Part shown: in pieces, positions 48,621 through 60,287 of the stretch
Layout of the letters: each line of letters opens with the position of its first letter
Position numbering within the stretch: position 1 is the first letter of the stretch
NCBI GenBank assembly: GCA_963798085.1
Contig: CAWCRS010000007.1
Coordinates: 864,001-928,000 of the forward strand
Length of the DNA: 64,000 bases
Source of the DNA: an uncultured Gemmatimonadales bacterium
GTDB lineage: Bacteria; Gemmatimonadota; Gemmatimonadetes; Longimicrobiales; RSA9
Direction: 5' to 3'
Program-made: the position numbers and the translations under genes
The notes under the pieces: model-generated
Seen by the model: only the letters and a program-made list of their open reading frames with translations
The model's database searches: none
Told to the model about the DNA's origin: nothing

Positions 48621-48928
48621 CCCGGCCCCTGCCGATCGAAAAGGCGCCGCAGTAGCGCGTCGCACCCCACCGGCGAGGCCGGCCGTTCCGCGCCCTCGCC
48701 GGGCTTCGTCACAACAACCGGAACCCTCGCGCCGTTCCACCGTAAAAAGGGGCCGCTGGACACGTTCGAGCGCGCCGGATAACATCGTCAGCGCCGGTGG
48801 TTCCAGCGCCACTGCACAGCGGTGACACCACGCTCGACGCGCCGGGCCGACGACGGTCCGCGATTGAGCAGAGCCGCGTCGAGGCAACGCCCCGGCGCGG
48901 CCTTTCGTTTTTTCGGAGACAGGAGCGG

Positions 48929-49906
48929 ATGATCACGGTCGAGAACATCACCAAGCGCTTTGGCCCGCTCGTCGCCGTGAACGACCTGAGCTTCCAGGTC
49001 GATCGTGGTGAGGTCGTGGGCTTCCTCGGCCCCAACGGGGCCGGCAAGACGACCACGATGCGCATGCTGACCGGGACGCTGCAGCCGGACCAGGGTCGCG
49101 TGCTCTTCGATGGCAAGTCGATCGGCGATGATCTTACCGCCGCGAAACGGCGGGTTGGGTATCTGCCCGAATCGAATCCGCTGTACGAGGACATGCTGGT
49201 CTGCGAGTACCTCGAGTTCGCGGCGCGGCTGCGCGAGTCGGAAGGCGAGAAGATGCGCAAGGCCGTGCGCCGCGCCGCCGAGCAGACCGGCCTCGAGGAG
49301 GTGTTCTACCGCCCCATCGCGGAGGCATCGAAAGGCTACCGCCAGCGCATTGGACTGGCCGCCGCGATCCTGCACGAGCCCGAGATTCTCGTGATGGATG
49401 AGCCGACGGAGGGGCTCGATCCCAACCAGCGCGTCGACATTCGCAGGCTGGTCGCGGAGCTGGGGAAGGAGCGCACCGTGCTGCTCAGCACGCACGTGAT
49501 GCAGGAAGTGGAAGCGACGTGCAGCCGCCTGCTGATCATCAATCGCGGCCGGCTCGTGGCGCAGGGCCGCGTGCAGGACCTGCTCGCCGGCGAGCAGAGC
49601 TTCTCGCATTACACGGTGGAGGCGGCGGGTGATGGCGTGGCCGGCGCACTGGCCGCACTGCCGGGTGTGAACGAGCACGCCGCGGAGTCGCTGGATGGGC
49701 GCACGCGGGTGCGGCTCATGGTGCGCGGCGATGAGGAATTGCGCCCGCGCATCTACCAGCTGGCGCGAGACCGCAACTGGACCCTCTGGGAACTGCATCG
49801 CGAGCGCGCCAGCCTGGAAGCGGTGTTCCGGCAGCTGACCACGGAAGCGGGCGAGACGGTGGTGGAAGCGGCCGCGGAAGTGGCGGCGGAAGGAGGCGAC
49901 GAATGA
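48929..49906 (+). CDS. ABC transporter ATP-binding protein (GldA-like)
   Basis: GPNGAGKTT, SKGYRQRIGLA and DEPTEGLDPNQ motifs. Confidence 0.92.
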   Translation: MITVENITKRFGPLVAVNDLSFQVDRGEVVGFLGPNGAGKTTTMRMLTGTLQPDQGRVLFDGKSIGDDLTAAKRRVGYLPESNPLYEDMLVCEYLEFAARLRESEGEKMRKAVRRAAEQTGLEEVFYRPIAEASKGYRQRIGLAAAILHEPEILVMDEPTEGLDPNQRVDIRRLVAELGKERTVLLSTHVMQEVEATCSRLLIINRGRLVAQGRVQDLLAGEQSFSHYTVEAAGDGVAGALAALPGVNEHAAESLDGRTRVRLMVRGDEELRPRIYQLARDRNWTLWELHRERASLEAVFRQLTTEAGETVVEAAAEVAAEGGDE

Positions 49907-52201
49907 GACACGTCTGGACCGTCGCCCGGCGCGAGATCCGCGGCTACTTCGACCATCCCACGGCGTACATCCTGGTCGTCGCGTTCCTCGCGCTCGGCCT
50001 GTTCCTCACCTTCCGTACCATCTTCGCCCAGCGCATTGCCACGCTGCGCCCGCTGTTCGACCTGCTGCCCTGGCTGTTCGCGGTGTTCGTGCCCGCCATC
50101 ACCATGCGCTCGCTCGCGGAGGAGCGCCGCACCCACACGCTGGAGTGGCTGCTCGCGCATCCGCTCAACGAGACGGAAGTCGTGGCCGGCAAGTTCCTGG
50201 GCGACTGGATCTTCATCCTGTTCGCACTGGCGGCCACACTTCCCACCGCGCTCGGCATCCTGATGGCCTCCGATGCCGATCCGGGCATCATGGTGGCGCA
50301 GTACGTGGGCGCGGCGCTGCTGGGTGCGCAGATGGTGGCCATCGGGCTCTGGTCCTCGAGCGTGACCCGCAACCAGATCACCGCGTTCATCCTGGGCGCC
50401 GGCATCAGTCTGGTCCTCGTGCTCATGGGACTGCCCGTGGTGCAGGTGGGTCTGACACCCGTGTTAGCAGGCGCCGTGGCCCGGCTCTCGGTCATGAATC
50501 ATTTCGATAATGTGGCCAGAGGCGTCATTGATCTGCGCGACGTGATCTACTTCGTGTCCGCGGCGGCGCTCTTCCTCGCGCTCGCGGCCACCGCCGTGAG
50601 CCGGGAGCGCCTGAGCCACACGCGCGGCGCCTGGCGCCGGCAGCGCATGGGCGCCATTGCCATTGCCGCGCTGGTCATCTTCGTCAACCTGCTCGGTGGC
50701 TACATCCGCGGCCGCCTCGACATCACGCGCGATCATCTCTACACCTGGCGCCCGGCAGTCGCAGCATCATGGGCAGGCTCGATGATGTGGTGAACCTGAA
50801 GCTTTTCGTGTCGCGGGAGCTGCCGCCCGAGGTGCAGCTGACGCTGCGCGATGTGCGCGACCTGATCAGCGATCTCGAGCGGGCCAGCAACGGCCGGCTG
50901 CACGTGGAGGAGCTGGACCCCGATCGCGACACGGCCGCGGCCTCACAGGCCAGCGAACTGGGCATCCAGCCGATCGACTTCAACGTGCTGCGCGAGGCGG
51001 AATTCCAGGTGAAGCGCGGCTGGTTCGGCATGGCGCTCAGCTATGCCGACAAACACGAGGTTATACCGGTGGTCGACCACACCGAAGACCTCGAGTACCA
51101 GCTGGTCTCGGATATCGCCAGCATGACCGCCGCACACAAGCCGCGGCTGGCGTTCATCACGGATTCGGCGCCAAGGGGCCGTACGACTACCCCACGTTCC
51201 AGCAGGTGCTGGCCGATCGCTACGACGTGAGGAGCCTTGCGCTGGGCACCGATTCCACGGCCACGCTGAATCACGATTCCACCGATGTCGTGGTGCTGGC
51301 CGCGCCGCAGCAGCCCGTGAGCGAGGCGGCGCAGCAGCAGCTGGAGGCCTTCATGGATGCGGGCGGCTCCGCGCTGCTGCTGGTCGAGACCACGCAGATC
51401 AACCCGCAGTATCCCATTGCGCTGGGCGTGCAGACCGGGCTCGATGGATTCCTGGCCAGACACGGTGTCAAGCTCGAAGCCGGCATGGTCTTCGACATGC
51501 GCTCGCACGCCAACGTGTCCATGGGACGCAGCGGCATATTCAATCTGGTACGCGGCTATCCGCTCTGGCCCATTGTCGTGCCCGCGGAGGAACACACAGT
51601 TACGCGCAATCTGCAGAATCTCAGCCTGGGCTGGAGCGGCGCGCTGCAGATCAGCGACACCACGAACGTGAAGCCGCTCTGGCGCACCACTGATCAAGGC
51701 GGCCTGCGACCCGCGGAAAGCTCGATCGATCCATCGCAGTTCGCCAATGTGATGCCCGACTCAATGCACACGGAGATCGTCGCCGCCGCCATCGACCCGA
51801 CCACGCCGGCGGCCGGAGCGACGAAGCCCGCGGGCACGAGCACAACCGCAGGCGAGGCGCCGCCCGCAACCCACGCGGGCCGCATGGTGGTGGTGGCCGA
51901 CGCGAATTTTCTCGAAGACCAGTTCGTCCAGGCCAATCCGCAGAACCTCATCTTCGCCGCCAACGCGGTGGACTGGCTGGCTCAGGACGACGCACTGATC
52001 CGCATCCGTTCCAAACATTGTGCACCACCCGCGCTCGTCTTCGAATCAGACTTCGGACAGGGCCTGCTCAAGTGGGGCAACCTGGTGGGCATGCCGGCGC
52101 TCATCGTGCTCATCGGCCTGCTGCTGATCACGGGCCGGCGGCGGCGCGCCATGCGCGCGTGGGGTGAGGCTCCCGCGCGCACCTCGCCATCCAGAGCGTA
52201 A
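49903..52201 (+). CDS. Fused ABC-2 permease (GldF-like) + GldG-like periplasmic domain (indels near 50745 and 51161)
   Basis: AITMRSLAEERR...LE.L, TRNQI.AF, RLDITRDHLYT, LEYQL and NAVDWLAQDDALI.IRSK spread across three frames. Confidence 0.82.
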
Positions 52202-52217
52202 CGGGCGGAGAAGGATC

Positions 52218-53163
52218 ATGAGTGAACAGACACTGAAGAAACTCGTCGCACTGCTCGCAGGGTTGATCGTGGTGTACGGGCTGGTGGCATTCCTGGGCCG
52301 CGGCGCGCACCGGCCGAAAGCAGCGGGCGGGCCTTTCGCCCAGGCCATGGCGAAGCTGCACAGCGACACCATTCGACGGCGTGACCATCACCTCGCCCAA
52401 AGGCGAGCGTTTCGAGCTGAATCGGGGCAGCCCCGCCTGGACCGTGAACGGACTGCCCGCGGATTCCACGGCCATGGACCGGCTGCTGCGCGCCGTGCGC
52501 GATGCGACCATCGGCGACATGGCTTCGAGCAGCCAGGCGAACCAGCAGCGCATGGGTGTCTCCAGCGACAGCGCCTGGACGCTCGAGTTCCGGCCGCACA
52601 CCGGGCAGGCCGCAAAACTGCTGTTAGGCAAGGAGGGCGCCAGCTACTCGACGGTCTACGCGCGACTGCCTGACCAGGATGCCACCTGGGTGCTGAGCGG
52701 CGACCTGCGCGCCGCCGCCACGCGCACCCTGGCGGACTGGCGTGACAAGACCATCGTGCGCATTGACACGGCGAAAGTCGCGAAGGTTCGTGTCGACACG
52801 GACAGCGCCCACTACGCGCTGGTGCGGAGCGGCGCCGCCTGGCAGCTGCTGCGCGACAAGGCCGGGCGCGCGGCGGACAGCGTGGCCGCGGACAGTACCG
52901 GAGCACGCAACCTGCTCGGTCAGCTGGCACGCATTGAAGCGTCCGGTTTCGCCCCCGACACCGCGACCTTCACCGGCACGCACCGCACGCTGCTGGTGCT
53001 GGGCACGGCCGGCGATACGCTCGCCGCCATTGATTTCGCCGGCGCGGGCGTGAACTGGATGGCGCGGCGCACCGGCGCCACCACGACATGGCAGGTTCCC
53101 AGCTACCAGCTGGATCAGCTCATGCCGAAGCCCGATCAGCTGGCCGCCAAACCGAAGTCCTGA
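52218..53163 (+). CDS. DUF4340 domain protein (indel near 52372)
   Basis: N-terminal TM; L.LGK...YAR...WRDKTI pattern; follows the GldG-like gene. Confidence 0.78.
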
Positions 53164-53452
53164 AGCGAGCGATCCCGCAGCAGGCAAGCCCGTTCCTGAA
53201 AATGAACCGTCCGGCCAGCGCGCCAGCGCCGACCGGACGGTCATCCCCCGGACTGTTTTCAGCTCTCGTGGACGGCACCGCGAAACGCGTGTTGCTGCGC
53301 AGGGGCCAGAGGGAGGAACGCGCCCGCAGCACCGACGCACGAGAGCCACGATCAGAAGCTTTGGTACACCTCCTTGCCTGGTAGCAACGAGTCAGAAACG
53401 GACTGGTTCGGCAAAACTTCCACGGGACATGCTTCCTGGTGTTGCCCGGTCG

Positions 53453-53902
53453 TCAGCGACTGCCGCCTGTCTTGGCTTTGCCGCCGGCCGGCTTGGGTGT
53501 CGGCTTCGGAGCCGGCACGACTGCGCCGGTCATCGCGTTCACCCACACTTCATGGCTCTTCTGGTCCGCGCCGCGGATCCGGAACACATAGACCAGATCG
53601 CCGCCGGACTGCGTGATGCGACGCGAAAGCAGGTGGCCGTTCGGCACCTGTCCCATCGCCGTCTCGGTTGCTGCATCCACCTTCACTGTGGCCTTGGCCT
53701 CGAGTCCCGGCTTCGCCTCGCGCAATGCCGGCGGCTTGTCACTGACCATCGCCTTCTTTGCGGTCGGCTGCTGCGTGGCCGTTTTGGCCGCAGCCGCTGG
53801 TGGAGCCGCCGCCTTCTTGGGTGGTGACTGCTGGGCCTGAATCGCGGTCGCACCGGCGAGCACGAGTGCGGGACCCAGCATGAGGATTCTGCCGATTCTC
53901 AT
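53453..53902 (-). CDS. PepSY-domain secreted protein
   Basis: Signal peptide; AMGQVPNG...LVYVF...EVWVNAMTGAV. Confidence 0.8.
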   Translation of the reverse strand: MRIGRILMLGPALVLAGATAIQAQQSPPKKAAAPPAAAAKTATQQPTAKKAMVSDKPPALREAKPGLEAKATVKVDAATETAMGQVPNGHLLSRRITQSGGDLVYVFRIRGADQKSHEVWVNAMTGAVVPAPKPTPKPAGGKAKTGGSR

Positions 53903-54019
53903 GCGACCTCCTGATTGCATTGCTGTGCCCGGACCGGCAACCGCCGGCGCGGAGGTGCGGCGCGGCAGGCGCCCGCATTTGCCGGGAGCGAAGATGGGTG
54001 GGTGAACCTTGCGGCAGGA

Positions 54020-55300
54020 TTACAGCCGCGGGGCGCTGAAACGGGCGATGGTGCCGCCCTCCGGCACGGGCTGCAGTGTCAGCTCGGCGCGGTGCGCATC
54101 CGCGATCCAGCGTGCAATGGAGAGACCCAGGCCTGCGCCGCCTTTGCGGCCGCGCGTGTGATCGCCGCGGAAGAATCGCTCGAATATGTGGGGCAGAACA
54201 GTGGGATCAATGCCGCTGCCGGTGTCCTGCACCACCACCACCGCGCGCTGCTCCTGCGGATACACATCGACCACGACGCGACCACCGGCCGGCGTGTACT
54301 GGATGGCGTTGTCGATCAGGATCATGACCAGACGGCGCAGCAGCTCGGTGTCGCCCGGCATGGACACTTCCTCATAGCGGCCCAGTTCCAGCTGCACGTT
54401 GCGCGAAAGCGCCAGCGCACCCGCAGCCGCGACGCGGTCCACGACCACGTCGTCGAGATAGAGCTGCTGGCGCAGCACCGGACGCTCGCCCGCATCCGCG
54501 CGCGCGAGGGTGAGCAGATCGTCGGCAATCTGGCCCAGGCCTTCAGCCTCGCGCGCGATGACCGCCAGCGCAGCAGCGTAGGCAGCGGGCTCGCGCTCGC
54601 GCCGCAGCGTCACCTCCGCCTGCGTGCGCAGCAGCGCAATGGGCGTGCGCAGCTCGTGCGCCGCGTCCGCCACGAAGCGGCGCATGCGCTCGAACGAGGC
54701 TTCGACCGGCGCCGTGGACACCCGTGTCAGCTGGTAGCCGCCCGCGCCCACCAGCGCGATGGCGGCCAGGCCCGCGGCCGCGAAGACTTCCAGCACCCGC
54801 CGGTACTGGCGCTCCACTGACTCGGTGTTAGCCGCGGCCAGAGCCACGAAGGGCGGGCCGTCGTTGAGCGCGAAGCGCTGGCCGAAAACGCGCCAGTGCT
54901 GCGTCGCCGTGTCCAGCGTGGTGTCGGCCTCGCTGAACAGTGCGGCCCGCAACGCAGCGTTGCGAATGCCCGGTGTGGCCAGATCCTCCGGCTCCAGCGA
55001 GCGGCCGTACGCATCGAACAGATAGATCGGCCGATCCGGCGTCTCCAGCTCGTCCGTCGCGGCCAGCGCCGCCTGCAACGCGGGCACACCACTCGCCGCG
55101 CGAATGCGCGCCGCCCGCACCACATCGTTCACGCTGTCCTGCAGGAAACGGTCGAGCTCGCTGGAAATGGCGTGCGTGATGGGGAAGAACAGGCTTACGG
55201 CGAGCACCAGCAGGATCACCGAGTAGGTGCCCACGTACCACGCCGTGAGCCGGCGTCGCAGCGGCCGCAGATCGCTCGCCGCCGACATGCGCGCGGTCAC
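54020..55300 (-). CDS. Sensor histidine kinase
   Basis: Two TMs; DAAHELRTP H-box; LIDNA, DTGSGI, FERFFR and GLGLSIA boxes. Confidence 0.93.
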   Translation of the reverse strand: MTARMSAASDLRPLRRRLTAWYVGTYSVILLVLAVSLFFPITHAISSELDRFLQDSVNDVVRAARIRAASGVPALQAALAATDELETPDRPIYLFDAYGRSLEPEDLATPGIRNAALRAALFSEADTTLDTATQHWRVFGQRFALNDGPPFVALAAANTESVERQYRRVLEVFAAAGLAAIALVGAGGYQLTRVSTAPVEASFERMRRFVADAAHELRTPIALLRTQAEVTLRREREPAAYAAALAVIAREAEGLGQIADDLLTLARADAGERPVLRQQLYLDDVVVDRVAAAGALALSRNVQLELGRYEEVSMPGDTELLRRLVMILIDNAIQYTPAGGRVVVDVYPQEQRAVVVVQDTGSGIDPTVLPHIFERFFRGDHTRGRKGGAGLGLSIARWIADAHRAELTLQPVPEGGTIARFSAPRL

Positions 55301-55965
55301 ACGCCGAAGCGGTAGCCTGCGCCGCGCACAGTGTGGATCAGCTTGAGCTCGAAGGCGTCGTCCAGCTTGGCGCGCAGCCGGCGCACCAGCACCTCGAGCG
55401 CGTTCGCCAGCGGATCGTGATTGTCGTCCCAGACATACGCGGTGATCGCCTGCCGGCTGACCACGGCGCCCGTATGGCGAACGAAAAACTCGAGCAGCTC
55501 GAATTCCTTGGAGGTCAGCGCAATGTCCTGGCCGGCCCGCCGCACGCTGCGGGATCGCAGATCCATCTCGAGATCGGCGACCTGGTGCGTCTGCGGAACC
55601 AGCGACGGCTGCCGCCGGGCCAGGGCTCGCACACGCGCAAGCAGCTCGCGGAACGCGAACGGCTTGACCACGTAGTCGTCAGCGCCTGCCTCCAGGCCCG
55701 TCACGCGATCGTCCAGGGCATCACGCGCCGTCAGCATCAGGATGGGCACGGCACTGCCCTCCGCACGCAGCGTGCGGCAGATCTCGAAGCCGCTGCCGCC
55801 CGGCAGCATGACATCGAGAATCACGACCGCGTACGTCTCGATCGCGGCCGCCACCCTCGCCTCCTGCACCGTGGATGCGCACACGACCTCAAAATGTTCA
55901 TCCCGGAAGCCGCAACGCAGAACTTCCAGCATGTCCGGGTCGTCTTCAACGATCAGCAGCCGCAT
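55297..55965 (-). CDS. OmpR-family response regulator
   Basis: LIVEDD, LDVMLPG, GADDYVVKPF and winged-helix HTVRGAGY. Confidence 0.94.
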   Translation of the reverse strand: MRLLIVEDDPDMLEVLRCGFRDEHFEVVCASTVQEARVAAAIETYAVVILDVMLPGGSGFEICRTLRAEGSAVPILMLTARDALDDRVTGLEAGADDYVVKPFAFRELLARVRALARRQPSLVPQTHQVADLEMDLRSRSVRRAGQDIALTSKEFELLEFFVRHTGAVVSRQAITAYVWDDNHDPLANALEVLVRRLRAKLDDAFELKLIHTVRGAGYRFGV

Positions 55966-56135
55966 GGCCCGATCACTCAGCAAGGCAGCCTGGCCAGACC
56001 CCGCGCGGTGATAGCGGCCGAGCGGGTCGCGGGTTCCCGCCTCCGGAATCCTGCCCATCCGGGTGGTGGCGCCAGCAGCGCGGCAACGCCATCCTGCACG
56101 CGCGCTGGACCACCCGAACACAAGCCTGCTGACGA

Positions 56136-57189
<1,054 letters not shown>

Positions 57190-57193
<4 letters not shown>

Positions 57194-57990
57194 GCAGCCT
57201 GGCTGTGGCCTCGCCTGTACCGCTGCGCAAGGTCTTCGCGGCACTGCTGCTGCGCGATCTGCGCGTGGCGCAGCGCGAGCTGCCCTACTTCCTGATCCGC
57301 ACCACACTGCAGCCGCTGCTCTTCATCATCGTGTTCGGATTCCTGCTGCCGCGCATGGGCTTCGTGCAGCGCGGCTATGGTGCGGCGCTGCTGCCCGGGA
57401 TTCTGGCCATCAGCCTGGCGTTCTCCAGCGTGCAGAGCGTGGCGCTTCCCATGGTCGCGGACTTCGGCTGGACGCGCGAAATCGAGGACCGCCTGCTCGC
57501 CCCCGTGCCCGTCCACCTCGTCGCCCTCGAGAAAGTCGTTGCCGGCATCCTGCAGGGTGTGGTGGCCGCCGCATTCGTGCTCCCAGTCGCGCGCGTCATC
57601 ATGGGACCCATCGGGGCGCTGACCCTGCGCAACATCGAAATCGTGCTCGCCGTCACACTCGTGGGCGGCGCCACCTTCTCCACACTCGGCCTGCTCATGG
57701 GCACCGCCATCAATCCCCAGCAGATCGGTCTCATGTTCAGTGTCATCGTGGCGCCCATGATCTTCTTCGGCTGCGCCTATTATCCATGGCAGGGACTGCG
57801 CGTGCTTCCGGCACTGCAGTATGCCGTGCTCATCAATCCGCTGGTCTATGTGGCGGAAGGCATGCGCGGCGCGCTGACGCCGGACCTCCCGCACATGAAT
57901 CTCATCGCCGTGATGATGGCGTTGAGCGTGCTGACAGTGCTGTTCTGGGTACTGGGCCTGCGCGCTTTCGTGAAGCGCGCCATCAGCTGA
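57190..57990 (+). CDS. ABC-2 exporter permease
   Basis: About six TMs; EIEDRLLAP and NPLVYVAEGMR motifs. Confidence 0.9.
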
Positions 57991-57992
57991 CG

Positions 57993-58457
57993 CTATTTCG
58001 ACTGGCCGGGCGGGCCGGCCCTGCCGCCCGAGCCGCCGCCTTCACTCACGGCGACGCCGGATAGCAGGCCGGCCACCACGAAGCCGCCGGTGGCCAGCAG
58101 GGAACGCCACGCGGAGAAACGCCTCGCCTGCAGATCCTCGATGGCCGCATACGCCACGCGTACGGTGGCGCCGCCGCCCAGGTGCTCGGCGCCCGCACTG
58201 TCCACCACGCTCAGCGCCGAAAGCAGCAGCGTGTCCCGCTCGCTGTCCACGTACTCGCCTTCGATGCGGGCCGCCTCGTTTACCGTGATGTTGCCCAGAC
58301 GCACGGGCTGGGGCCGCGCCAGGATCACGCGCAGGCGAGTGGCCGGAGAGGGGTGCGCCTGGCCGCCCCCCAGCGGGACATAGTGGTAACAGCCTGTCAG
58401 CAGCGCCAGCAGCAGCACGCCGCGGCCCCGCCCCAGCCAGCCATCAGCCCGCAACAT
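57993..58457 (-). CDS. Hypothetical lipoprotein
   Basis: LLTGCYHYVP lipobox; C-terminal RFSAWRS plus hydrophobic segment. Confidence 0.7.
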   Translation of the reverse strand: MLRADGWLGRGRGVLLLALLTGCYHYVPLGGGQAHPSPATRLRVILARPQPVRLGNITVNEAARIEGEYVDSERDTLLLSALSVVDSAGAEHLGGGATVRVAYAAIEDLQARRFSAWRSLLATGGFVVAGLLSGVAVSEGGGSGGRAGPPGQSK

Positions 58458-58872
58458 GCATTCGCCTGCCCGGCGCGGCAGCGGGCGGCCCGTCGCCGGC
58501 GCGGCCCTCAATGCGCAGCAGATTGCTGCGCAGCTGCCAGTAGAGATGATCGCCCGGCCGCAGCGTCAAGGTCTGCAATGTGACCGCGGCCCGCTGCGCG
58601 TTGGCCAGCAGCGAATAGCTGCCGCGGAACTGCGACTGCCGGAACTGCAGCTGGCGTGTGCGCGCCGGCGGCACATCGCCCAGCAGCACGCGCCGGCCAT
58701 CTCCCACAATGTGCACGACAACGGCGGACGCCGGTACCAGGTCATTGCGTACTTCGATCAACACCCAGTCCGCACTGCGGCGCGTGGCGTGTCCAGAGGC
58801 ACAGCCGGCGCACAGCGCTGCGCACAGGATCACACCGACCGGGTACCGGCGCCGCCTGATGACCTGAACCAT
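58444..58872 (-). CDS. Hypothetical lipoprotein
   Basis: CAGCAS lipobox; IEVRND...LGDV beta-sandwich-like segment; coupled to susD. Confidence 0.7.
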   Translation of the reverse strand: MVQVIRRRRYPVGVILCAALCAGCASGHATRRSADWVLIEVRNDLVPASAVVVHIVGDGRRVLLGDVPPARTRQLQFRQSQFRGSYSLLANAQRAAVTLQTLTLRPGDHLYWQLRSNLLRIEGRAGDGPPAAAPGRRMHVAG

Positions 58873-60273
58873 CAGCTGCTGGCGCAGGGCTGCGGGTCAT
58901 TGCGGTTGCGCAGCGGCTGATCCGCAGGCTCGGGCACGTTCGGATTGGTCTGCCGCTCGCGCTCGCCGTAGATCAGTCGCCCGGGTATGGCCTTGCCCTG
59001 CCAGGTCGTGAGCGCCGGCATGCAGGTGCGCTTGTAATCGTTCCACACCTCTTCATTGAGGAACAGCGCGATGTACTTCTGCGTCATGATCTCCTGCATC
59101 AGTGCGGCGCCGCTCAGCGCAGCCGGATGATTCAGGGTTACGCCGTTGGCCTGCTCCTGACAGCGGATGCCGGCGTTCAACTCTGTGTTAGCCGTGCCCT
59201 CGTCCCCCATGCGGTAGGCCGCTTCCGCCGCAATGAACGCGTTCTCCGCACAGGTGACCATGGGCGTGGCCCACGTGGGTGAACCCGTGACCGCGGGATT
59301 CAGCAGGGACGCATCATTCAGGTTCTGGCCGGGTGCTGAGCCCACGTAGGCGCCCTCCGCATCGCGCGAGTAGTACATGCCCAGACGCGGATCGCTGCGC
59401 GACTGGAGCAGGCCGATCATGAAGTTGCCCGCTGCCATGTAGCCGGAGCGGTCGTTCATGAACTGGTACCAGAATGTTGGTCTCCGTCTGCGACGTGCCG
59501 TGCACGGTGTGCCAGTTGCCCGCAGGCGAGGTAATGCCCAGGCCTGTTTCCGCCAGCGCCTTCTGCAGGCAGTTGCCGCCGCACGCCGTCTGCGCCTCCG
59601 GCATGCTCGCATCCTGCGCCTCCACCCAGTGCATGTAGAACCGGGCCTTGAGCGTATGCGCCACCGCGATCCAGGGCGCGGCATCGCCGCCGAACACGAG
59701 GTCCAGTGAACCGGGACTCCCCTGGCCCGTGGCCAGCTTCGTGATGGCGTCGTCCAGCAGCGACTGCACGGCGGCGTACACATCCTGCTGCGCATCCAGC
59801 TTCGGCGTCGCGATGGCCGGATCGACTGCCTCCGAATAGGGGATGTCGCCCCAGGTGCTCGCGGTCATGCCCACGAGGTACGCTTCGTAGACCTCGAGGA
59901 TACCGCGCAGCACCGGCGACTGCGCGCTGTCCGCCAGCGACTCCGCGCGCCTGAGATCGACCAGACCCCCACCATTGTAGCGGTTGGTCCACTCGGTGCT
60001 CACGTCCGCTTCCTTCACCACGTACGTGTCGAAGATGGAGAATTGGCGGTCCGTCCCCGCCATCTGCTGCAACCAGATCGCCGCCAGGCGACTGATGTTG
60101 TCTTCGGTGATGAAGAAGCTGTTCACCTGATCGGCGATGAACAGCTGGTTGAGCGATGCGTGCGCCACTTCGTTCGGATTCGAGTCCGTGGGACTCACAT
60201 AGTTGCAGCCGGCGGCAGTCACCAGCAGTGCTGCCAGCTGGGCGGCCGCGCGCGTCATTCGATTCGCTTGCAT
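58872..60273 (-). CDS. susD: SusD/RagB family nutrient-binding lipoprotein (indel near 59475)
   Basis: AAGC lipobox; WGDIPYSEA, DPRL and QKYIALF...EVWNDYKRT motifs. Confidence 0.88.
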
Positions 60274-60287
60274 GTCAGCCTCCACCC

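Noticed and set aside
53164..53452. Perfect AAGGAGGTG Shine-Dalgarno on the minus strand (53367-53375), suggesting a small gene, type I toxin or ncRNA
   Set aside because: No suitably spaced start codon with a credible ORF, and no recognisable RNA family motif
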